This document shows, piece after piece, positions 32,893 to 40,039 of a DNA stretch of 47,768 nt. Positions within the stretch are counted from its first letter, which is position 1. The number at the start of each line of letters is the position of its first letter. Position numbers and translations under genes: made by a program. Location: NCBI GenBank assembly GCA_049580985.1, contig JBAURA010000444.1, positions 1-47,768 on the forward strand. The letters are read 5' to 3'. This DNA is from Chloroflexia bacterium. Lineage in GTDB: Bacteria; Chloroflexota; Chloroflexia; QHBQ01; JADMIH01. The notes under the pieces were generated by a model. The model searched no databases and had not been told where the DNA came from. It saw only the letters and a list, made by a program, of their open reading frames with translations.

Positions 32893-35484
32893 TTGCAAGC
32901 CCATCCGAACAGAGGCATACCTTTTCCTGTGACCGCCTTTATAGGTAGGTTCAAGGAGCTTGCGTCCGTCGTGGCCTTGTTACGCGATCCGGAGGTGCGA
33001 TTGCTCACGCTCACAGGGCCGCCGGGTACGGGCAAAACCCGTCTGGCTATGAAAGCATCGCAAGCTCTACAAAGCGCTTTCCGTGACGGCATTTATTTCG
33101 TGCCTCTTGCTATTACGAGAGAGGCTATTGGCGTTCTCAATGCTGTTGCGCAACGGCTTGACCTCAAGCAAATTGATGAGCAATCAGCCCCCAAGCAGGT
33201 TATTGAATATCTTAGAGAGCGTGAGACTATGTTGCTGCTGGACAACTTCGAGCAGGTACTGTCCGCGGGCCCACATCTGGTTGACTTGCTCGAACAGTGC
33301 CCAGGGCTGAAGATACTTGTCACAAGCAGAGCGGCTCTCAAGGTGTATGGGGAGCAAGAGTTCCCTGTACCGCCGCTTGCCCTCCCAGACGAGGAGCAGA
33401 CAAGGTCGTTGACCGCGGACACCGCCCTGGAATACGAAGCGGTCGCACTCTTTGCTCACAGAGCCAGGTTGGTCAATCCGTATTTCGAGGTAACCGACAG
33501 CGACGCTCCGATCGTGGGACAGATTTGCCGGGAGCTTGACGGTCTGCCTCTATGTATAGAGTTGGCGGCTGCACGCTGTAAAACGATCCCTCCTGCCTCG
33601 CTGCTTGCGCTTCTAGACAACAAGTTCGACCTTCTCACCTCGGAAGCACGCAACCTGCCACTCAGGCAGCGCACTCTGGTCGCCGCAATCACCTGGAGCT
33701 ACGAACTGCTTGATCCCAGTGAAAGGACTTTGTTCAACAGGCTCTCCATATTTGTAGGCGGCTGCACCCTGGCGGCTGCTGAATATGTTTGCACTCTGCC
33801 CGGTGAGCCTCAGCATGGCATGCTTGATCCTGTCACATCGCTAATGGATAAAAGCCTGGTTGACAGAGAGGACCGGGCAGGACAGCCACGCTTCAAGATG
33901 CTGGCTACCCTACGTGAATACGCACTGGATAGGCTTAAACGATCGGGCGAAATGCACTCCGTGCACAAACAACACGCGCGTTATTTCGGACTGGTTGTGG
34001 ACAAGGCTGAGCCGTATTTGCATAGTCCCCACAGAGACCAGTGGCTAAAAAGCCTGGACTCTGAAGTCGAGAATGTGCGAGCGGCGTTAGCCTGGTGCCT
34101 ATCGGACGCGGGCGACCCTCTCGCAGCTTTGCGTATCGCCGGGGCGTTGCACTGGTTCTGGTACTTCCGCGGTTATCTGTCCGAGGGGCGGGATTGGCTC
34201 GAAAGAGCATTCGCGCGTGTAGGCAACGACTTGCCCACCACGGTCGAGACGGCCAAGGCGCTGGATGCGGCGGGCCACCTCGCTCTGCTACAGGACGACT
34301 ACGAGGCCGTGCAGTCTCATCTGACGCGCGCCCTTGCCATGTGGCGGGAGTTGGGCGACGACAAGGGCTTGGCTTACTCACTTAGTCATGCGGGAATTGC
34401 ACGCGTGTACAGGCACGCAGACATAACGGGGCTTGCTCTGCTGAAGGAGTCGCTGAATCTATTCCAGGGCACCGACGACACATGGGGATTGGCGACAGCT
34501 TATGACCTGTGCGCCGAAGCTCACATTTTGCTCGGCGATTCTGCGGCTGCGGCAGGTTGTTACAATGAAAGTCTGCGCCTTTTCCGCGAGATGGGAGATA
34601 TGTGGGGGATCGCCGCCGAACTAGGAGAGATCAGTCGGGTTGAAATTAGGCAGGGCAACTATGTTGCAGCAAAATCGAAGCTTGACGAAGCCCTATCCAC
34701 TGAGAGGCTGGTGGAAGATCGCTGGAACAGGGCGCATACGCTCCGCAGCCTGGGCGATGTCGCTTATTGCCTGAACGACTATCAAGAGGCGCACCTATGC
34801 TACGAAAGCGCTGCCGAATTATACCGCGACCTGGGGGATCGCATGCGAATGGGGGCATGCTTGCGCTGCCTGGGCCACGTCGCACTTAGGACCAACCAGC
34901 CTGAAAACGCGAAAGCTCTCTACCTGCATAGTCTCGGCATCGCAGCGAGTCTAGGGGCGACTCCCAGCCTGGCATGGTGTCTGGCTGCTATGGCCGGATG
35001 GGCAGTCCGGATGGGCGAGGCAATACGCGCCGCCGAACTCCTGGGTGCTGCCGATAGACTGGGCAAGGCTAATCATGCAATACTGCCTGTCGTCGATGCG
35101 CACGAACGGGCCCGGACCTACGAATTGATCAAGTCGAGCCTCGGTAAGCAAGAGTTCGCCTTAGCCACAGTTCGAGGCGCTTCATTGGGGACCGAGGATG
35201 CGATAACGGTCGCGCAAAGGGTAGCCGAGCTCGGTTTGAAACAAGAGTCAGACGATATTCCCACATATGGCGGCAGACGCTCGCCGACCGTACCCAAGTT
35301 GAGCGCCCGCGAAATAGAGGTAGTCAAATTAGTGGAGCAAGGCTTGAGCAATGCCGAGATAGCTGATGCTCTCATTCTCAGCACGAATACTGTGCGCGCC
35401 CACCTCTACTCGGTCTTCGACAAGTTCGGTGTACCATCACGTACAGCCGCGGTCAGATACGCTAGAGAGAACGGCCTGATTTAG
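32893..35484 (+). CDS. STAND (NB-ARC-like) ATPase + TPR + C-terminal LuxR-type HTH regulator
   Basis: 863 aa with a TTG start (start uncertain).
- Walker A: LTGPPGTGKTRLA.
- Walker B-like: MLLLDNFEQV.
- STAND core: LDGLPLCIELAAAR.
- TPR units.
- C-terminal LuxR HTH: LSAREIEVVKLVEQGLSNAEIADALILSTNTVRAHLYSVFDKFGV. Confidence 0.88.
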   Translation: MQAHPNRGIPFPVTAFIGRFKELASVVALLRDPEVRLLTLTGPPGTGKTRLAMKASQALQSAFRDGIYFVPLAITREAIGVLNAVAQRLDLKQIDEQSAPKQVIEYLRERETMLLLDNFEQVLSAGPHLVDLLEQCPGLKILVTSRAALKVYGEQEFPVPPLALPDEEQTRSLTADTALEYEAVALFAHRARLVNPYFEVTDSDAPIVGQICRELDGLPLCIELAAARCKTIPPASLLALLDNKFDLLTSEARNLPLRQRTLVAAITWSYELLDPSERTLFNRLSIFVGGCTLAAAEYVCTLPGEPQHGMLDPVTSLMDKSLVDREDRAGQPRFKMLATLREYALDRLKRSGEMHSVHKQHARYFGLVVDKAEPYLHSPHRDQWLKSLDSEVENVRAALAWCLSDAGDPLAALRIAGALHWFWYFRGYLSEGRDWLERAFARVGNDLPTTVETAKALDAAGHLALLQDDYEAVQSHLTRALAMWRELGDDKGLAYSLSHAGIARVYRHADITGLALLKESLNLFQGTDDTWGLATAYDLCAEAHILLGDSAAAAGCYNESLRLFREMGDMWGIAAELGEISRVEIRQGNYVAAKSKLDEALSTERLVEDRWNRAHTLRSLGDVAYCLNDYQEAHLCYESAAELYRDLGDRMRMGACLRCLGHVALRTNQPENAKALYLHSLGIAASLGATPSLAWCLAAMAGWAVRMGEAIRAAELLGAADRLGKANHAILPVVDAHERARTYELIKSSLGKQEFALATVRGASLGTEDAITVAQRVAELGLKQESDDIPTYGGRRSPTVPKLSAREIEVVKLVEQGLSNAEIADALILSTNTVRAHLYSVFDKFGVPSRTAAVRYARENGLI

Positions 35485-35747
35485 CTACTACATAGACCTT
35501 TCTCAACCACTCACCTGTGAAGCCGGCACCTTCTGTGAGATGCCTTTCTTGAGCGCTTCTCGTTCGCGCTCAACTGCTTTTCGATCCGGTAGTCCTGGAT
35601 GCGCGTCTTCAGGTTGGGCTGGTTCAAGAGGGTAACGGCGATTCAATCCCTGCCCTTATGCATCACTCGGTATTGTTCTACACATAGTACTATTCCCGGC
35701 CAACGAGAGACCGTACACCATTAATCAAGCGAAATAACGTAAAATCA

Positions 35748-35776
35748 TTGACTTACTTGTGTATCTATGATACATT
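35748..35776 (+). promoter_or_regulatory. Sigma70-like promoter upstream of the repeat-core precursor gene
   Basis: TTGACT (35748-35753), a 17-nt spacer, then TACATT (35771-35776). It sits in an AT-rich stretch ~85 nt upstream of the ATG at 35862. Confidence 0.5.
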
Positions 35777-35861
35777 TTGTATAACTTGACCGCCGCCAAG
35801 TACTCTGATGCCTGTTGCAAGGCGTCGACTTGTCGTACCATTACTGGTCAGGAGGCAAACT

Positions 35862-36470
35862 ATGTCCGTAATCGATCCCAACAATGATACCGATTTCATA
35901 GCGAAATCAATCGCCCACAACCTGCGCTACCCACCGCCGAACGTTGTGCCCTATTGGGGCTACCTTACGGCGGCCCTGAAGAGAGTACCCAATAACGGCA
36001 ACCCGAGCGCTGGCCATGAAAACGATCTTGAGCCGCCTAATGCGACTGATATCTATTGGAGGCTCTACAGAACGCTAGAGTTGCGGGAATACATCGAGTT
36101 TAGCGACGACGATGTAGTGTTCTTCAGAAAATTGGCGCTTCCACTAGCGGGGCAGGCGCAGTTACATGGTGGTTTGGTCTGGCTTAGAGTCGGAGCAAAA
36201 CTCGACCACGTAGTTGTCAATCATATGGAGGTGGAAGCCAACTACCTTCAAGGGCCCATTACGTCCACCGCCGGACCGCCCCAAGCTGGCCCCATCCATC
36301 CTGAGGGCTACTCGCCGTCAAACGTCTCATGGACCTGCGGAGGGCATTCATTCGCCTGTGGAGGGCAGTCTTTTGCATGTGGTGGGCATTCATTCGCGTG
36401 CGGAGGACAGTCTTTTGCATGTGGTGGGCACTCATTCGCCTGCGGAGGACAGTCATTCAACTGTGGGTGA
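35862..36470 (+). CDS. Precursor-like protein: 158-aa N-terminal domain plus six tandem CGG[H/Q]SF[A/N] heptads
   Basis: The ORF track starts at 35808. The ATG at 35862 (MSVIDPNN) has GGAGG 6 nt upstream. The C-terminus is TCGGHSFACGGQSFACGGHSFACGGQSFACGGHSFACGGQSFNCG. The gene lies immediately upstream of the kinase and lyase-cyclase genes. Confidence 0.75.
   Translation: MSVIDPNNDTDFIAKSIAHNLRYPPPNVVPYWGYLTAALKRVPNNGNPSAGHENDLEPPNATDIYWRLYRTLELREYIEFSDDDVVFFRKLALPLAGQAQLHGGLVWLRVGAKLDHVVVNHMEVEANYLQGPITSTAGPPQAGPIHPEGYSPSNVSWTCGGHSFACGGQSFACGGHSFACGGQSFACGGHSFACGGQSFNCG
36336..36467 (+). repeat. Tandem 21-bp coding repeat organised as three 42-bp (His-unit + Gln-unit) super-repeats
   Basis: tgc gga ggg cat tca ttc gcc / tgt gga ggg cag tct ttt gca / tgt ggt ggg cat tca ttc gcg / tgc gga gga cag tct ttt gca / tgt ggt ggg cac tca ttc gcc / tgc gga gga cag tca ttc aac / tgt ggg. 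In the first two Gln-units, the codon choices (tct ttt gca) differ consistently from those in the His-units (tca ttc gcN). Confidence 0.9.
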
Positions 36471-36570
36471 CAGATATTCAACTGCGACCGTTGGTGACTA
36501 GTTCGTCGCTCCACGCTGGTTTTCTGCGCCGAAAGCGAAAGCGATTGGGCGACTACCTCAAGATACCGCG

Positions 36571-37689
36571 ATGCTAACTAAAGAAGCGGTCGCTCCCTAC
36601 TTGATGCGCCAGGGTTTGCTCGACCCCGAAGCTCTGGTAGAGAGCGGCCTCTCGATACGCCGCATCGCAGGTCGTAACTCCAATTTCATAATTGAACTAG
36701 CTAATGGCTCTGGTTACTTGCTCAAACAGGCTGTGGATGCCGAGAAGGCCTCGTTTCTTGATAACGAAGCCAGAGTCTACACCTACCTCTCAGGGTATAA
36801 CGATCAATTCACTCGTTACATACCTCCTTTGCAATCCTATAACGAGGACGAGCACATACTCGTGCTGGGGCTGCTGCCGAGTGCTCGGCAGCTAGGAGAA
36901 CATCTCGTCCGGACCGGACGCTTCTCGACTATGATAGCCAGACAGCTTGGCCGAATGCTGGCGGCTCTGCATAGGCGTGGATCTCACGATAGAGCCAACA
37001 ATCCTGTAACGCTGGCTACCAGACCAGTGCCCTGGGTTCTTTCTATCCACCGTCCGCATATTGAATTGTACCGCCTCGCCAGTCAGGCTAATCTCAACTT
37101 GATAGCTAAGATACAGATGTTCCCTGACCTTTGCGACCACATCGAGGCACTCAAGCAAACCTGGCAGCCACTAGCTCTGATACACTACGACCTAAAGCTG
37201 GAAAACATGCTGGTGGTTCCGGCCACAAAAGCCGGCCAATCGCGTTTGACCGTCCGGCTGGTTGACTGGGAGATGGCGGGCATCGGTGATCCTTGCTGGG
37301 ACATTGGATCGGTATTCGGTGCGGTATTGAGCTTTTGGCTTCACTCCATGCCCTTTTCTGGAGATGGCGCTCAAGGTTTGTCACCAGAGTTCGCGCGCTT
37401 CCCCTTGCAGAGAGCGAGGTCCGCTTTATTGAACTTCTGGATCTCGTACGAGCGAGGCATGCAGTTCGCTCCAAGTATATCGAACGATTGCCTACTGCGG
37501 TCCACCAGTTTCGCCGCCGCACGGTTGGTGCAATCGGTGTTCGAGCAATGCCAGGTAATGACGCAGCTTCCAGGCACAGCATTGAATGCACTGCAACTCA
37601 GCTCAAATATACTACACAAACCGCTGGAAGCCGCAGTCCACTTGCTAGGGCTACAGCCACGAGTCGAGTGGAACGAGGCGCAACTTTGA
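36571..37689 (+). CDS. Aminoglycoside-phosphotransferase/choline-kinase-family kinase (LanK / TvaC-like candidate)
   Basis: 372 aa. The catalytic loop is LIHYDLKLENMLV and the metal-binding segment is LVDWEMAGIGDPCWDIG. The N-lobe reads GRNSNFIIELANGSGYLLKQ. The stop codon overlaps the start of the next gene (TTGA). Confidence 0.8.
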   Translation: MLTKEAVAPYLMRQGLLDPEALVESGLSIRRIAGRNSNFIIELANGSGYLLKQAVDAEKASFLDNEARVYTYLSGYNDQFTRYIPPLQSYNEDEHILVLGLLPSARQLGEHLVRTGRFSTMIARQLGRMLAALHRRGSHDRANNPVTLATRPVPWVLSIHRPHIELYRLASQANLNLIAKIQMFPDLCDHIEALKQTWQPLALIHYDLKLENMLVVPATKAGQSRLTVRLVDWEMAGIGDPCWDIGSVFGAVLSFWLHSMPFSGDGAQGLSPEFARFPLQRARSALLNFWISYERGMQFAPSISNDCLLRSTSFAAARLVQSVFEQCQVMTQLPGTALNALQLSSNILHKPLEAAVHLLGLQPRVEWNEAQL

Positions 37690-39968
37690 TAGAGATCGAT
37701 TACAAGGCTCAGCTATTGGCTGCTGTGAGGGCTGTACGAATAGTGTCGTTGAACCGATACTCGTGGTTTGGAGCCGACACAATCGTACTGCCCGGCCGGG
37801 TCAGGCGCGCAGTCAGTCCAGACCTAGCCCGGCGCTACCTCGGGTCGAGCTTGCAGCACAGGCTCTACAACGATTTCTACTGCAAGGGAAATCCAATGCG
37901 GGGGTCAGCAGGCACGTACGGACCGCTCCAACAGAACGCGATACCCTTCCTTCAGCAGCTTGAAAGAGCAAACAGAGGCGTGGGAGGCTGGGAGACCGGT
38001 TGGCGCGTGGTGGCCAGGGGCAACCCTGCCGTCGTGCTTGAGGATGGTCGCCTTGCGCTCTGGCCGCGCCCAGATGAAATGTGGCTGGTGAACCAGGAAG
38101 CAGAGTTGGGGCACGAAGGGGCATTGCGCTATCCGAAGGGCCTTCCTTCGATCTCGCCGGGCTTCTATTTGGTGCTTGGGGACACGCCCCCGCCAGCCAA
38201 TGGCAGTGGGCCGCTTGTTCGGCTCTACTGGAACGTGTCTGCCCAAGGTGCGGCAGTTCTGGTCGGCCTGGTCACAGAGGCTCTCAACAGGTTACAGGCT
38301 CCGTTCCGCCTGAAGGTGGTTAGCAACCCTGAGCAGTTCGATAGGTGCGACACGGCGATACTCTACATAGAGGTATCACGCTACGCAACTGTCGCGGCCA
38401 CGCTGGTGGGGATCTATGCGCAGGTGCGCGACACCCTGCGCGGAGACGTGCCAGCGCTGACTGGTAAGCTTGCGCCGGGGCTTGGATTAGCCGAGGACCC
38501 AGGTGGCGGAGAGAGTTACGGCCTCCACATGTGCGGGCTACTCGCTGAAGGTCTGCTCAGAGCTTTTGAGCTTGGTCTTTCGGGTGATGCGAGATTGGGA
38601 AGTGTGCTTGCGTTACTACAAGAGAGAGGCATCTCGCCGGAGCGGCCCTATTTGCGGCCAGGTTCCCAGGATATATACAACTTCGACGTTCACCACTCAT
38701 CCGGAGCTGGGAAGGGCACCCTTGTTTGGATCGAAAACGCAACGGATTCAGACAGGGCGGATTATTTGGAAACGGCGGCGTTTATAGGGTGGCAGTTATG
38801 CCGCACGGCCATATGGTACAACAGGCGCTGCACGTGGATAGGCGCAACTGCTCCAGGCACGGTGCCCGGTGACCGATACGGGCAAGCGCTAGCTACGTTA
38901 GGACCTGATCTGTACGCTGGGACCGCGGGGGTAGGGCTATTTCTGGCCTGCCTGGCGGAGGTCACCGGCGACCCAACGGTTGAAAGGACGGCGCTCGGAG
39001 CGATGGAGCAGGCTTTCGCAACGGCAGACAGGATCGCGCCGGCCGATAGGCAGGGATTGTACACTGGCTGGATCGGGATTGCGCTTGCAGGTTGCTACCT
39101 TGACCGTTGTATGGGCCAGGGCTGGTCCAGCAGGGCAGCTAACTTGCTCGACACACTACTTGAAGCCGGCGACGCGCCCGGCGGGTTTGACTACCTGGGG
39201 GGCAGCGCTGGCGCTATCATGGGGCTGCTCGCGCTGAAACGGTTGCTGGGCTGTGGCTACCTTTATGACAGGGCGCGCTCTATGGGCGATCAATTAGCAC
39301 TGGCCGGTGCAACCGGAGAATATGCGCCGGAAGCGCATCGAACGAACGCTGGAAGGAAGTGGGGGAGAAGACCGCTAACGGGCCTTGCTCACGGAGCAGC
39401 AGGAGTGGGAGCTGCTCTTATGGAGCTGTACGCGACATCTCAGGAAGTCCGGTACAGGCACGCTTCCGAAGCGGCTTTCGCATATGAGCGTGCATACTTC
39501 GATATTCTAGAGGCTAACTGGCCAGATTTCAGGGCCGGGATTCGCAGGCCATACGCCTACTCAACACACTGGTGTCACGGCGCGCCCGGCATAGCTTTGA
39601 CCAGGCGGCGCGCATACAGCCTAACGGGAGATGTCAAATACCTGGAGGAAACGCAAGCCGGTATACAAACTACAGAACAATGGCTTGAGAGCGCGCTGCG
39701 CGCGGACCGTGAAAACTTCTCCCTGTGTCATGGGCTAGGTGGCAACGCCTGGATCGCTTTTGAAGCTGCTACACCAGGGGGTGTAGGTCGGTATTACGCC
39801 CATGCAGTGGCCAGGCGGGGCATAGAAGCTCACAAGAGATACGGAGTGTGGTTGTGTGGAACGCCTGGAGGAGAGGCCCAGGGATTGATGCTAGGTCTCT
39901 CAGGCATAGGCCTTTTCTACTTGCGTCTCGCCGGGGTAAGCTCCTTTTCACCTCTGTACATAATCTAG
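37686..39968 (+). CDS. Fusion protein: HopA1-like domain (candidate pSer/pThr lyase) + LanC-like cyclase with Zn ligands
   Basis: The ORF is open from 37293, but that part overlaps the kinase gene out of frame. Likely starts are TTG 37686 (4-nt overlap with the kinase stop) or GTG 37668.
- N-terminal half: GPLVRLYWNVSAQGAAVLV...FRLKVVSNPEQFDRCDTAILYIEVSRY (HopA1-type pattern as I recall it).
- C-terminal half: GTAGVGLFLA, GLAHGAAGVGAAL, THWCHGAPGIAL, SLCHGLGGNAWI, GLSGIGLFYLRL. Confidence 0.75.
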   Translation: MIEIDYKAQLLAAVRAVRIVSLNRYSWFGADTIVLPGRVRRAVSPDLARRYLGSSLQHRLYNDFYCKGNPMRGSAGTYGPLQQNAIPFLQQLERANRGVGGWETGWRVVARGNPAVVLEDGRLALWPRPDEMWLVNQEAELGHEGALRYPKGLPSISPGFYLVLGDTPPPANGSGPLVRLYWNVSAQGAAVLVGLVTEALNRLQAPFRLKVVSNPEQFDRCDTAILYIEVSRYATVAATLVGIYAQVRDTLRGDVPALTGKLAPGLGLAEDPGGGESYGLHMCGLLAEGLLRAFELGLSGDARLGSVLALLQERGISPERPYLRPGSQDIYNFDVHHSSGAGKGTLVWIENATDSDRADYLETAAFIGWQLCRTAIWYNRRCTWIGATAPGTVPGDRYGQALATLGPDLYAGTAGVGLFLACLAEVTGDPTVERTALGAMEQAFATADRIAPADRQGLYTGWIGIALAGCYLDRCMGQGWSSRAANLLDTLLEAGDAPGGFDYLGGSAGAIMGLLALKRLLGCGYLYDRARSMGDQLALAGATGEYAPEAHRTNAGRKWGRRPLTGLAHGAAGVGAALMELYATSQEVRYRHASEAAFAYERAYFDILEANWPDFRAGIRRPYAYSTHWCHGAPGIALTRRRAYSLTGDVKYLEETQAGIQTTEQWLESALRADRENFSLCHGLGGNAWIAFEAATPGGVGRYYAHAVARRGIEAHKRYGVWLCGTPGGEAQGLMLGLSGIGLFYLRLAGVSSFSPLYII

Positions 39969-39978
39969 CGAAAGGCAG

Positions 39979-40037
39979 CAGCTAAGAGCTGACGCTGTCG
40001 AGACCTACGAGACCTCAATAGCGTCAGCTCTTAGCTG
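39979..40037. terminator. Bidirectional terminator hairpin between convergent genes
   Basis: CAGCTAAGAGCTGACGCT (39979-39996), a 23-nt loop, then AGCGTCAGCTCTTAGCTG (40020-40037), followed by TTT. It lies between the stop at 39968 (+) and the stop at 40040 (-). Confidence 0.7.
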
Positions 40038-40039
40038 TT

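Noticed and set aside
35520-35640. Minus-strand reading ...PNLKTRIQDYRIEKQLSANEKRS... downstream of the LuxR regulator
   Set aside because: The stretch is short with no start or stop context, and I cannot assign a family. It is insufficient to call a gene fragment.
35808-35861. Upstream extension of the repeat-core precursor ORF (MPVARRRLVVPLLVRRQT)
   Set aside because: There is no RBS. The internal ATG at 35862 has GGAGG 6 nt upstream. The extension is Arg-rich and looks non-coding.
36214-36577. Alternative-frame and antisense ORFs across the 21-bp repeat; possible CRISPR-like periodicity
   Set aside because: The repeats are contiguous with no spacers, are in frame with the upstream 158-codon domain, and vary mostly at synonymous positions. 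This is a coding tandem repeat, not a CRISPR array. The other frames are by-products of the repeat.
37293-37685. N-terminal 131-codon extension of the lyase-cyclase ORF
   Set aside because: It overlaps the kinase gene out of frame, and its translation (MLGHWIGIRCGIELLASLHALFWRW...) is not protein-like. A start at TTG 37686 or GTG 37668, coupled to the kinase stop, is more plausible.
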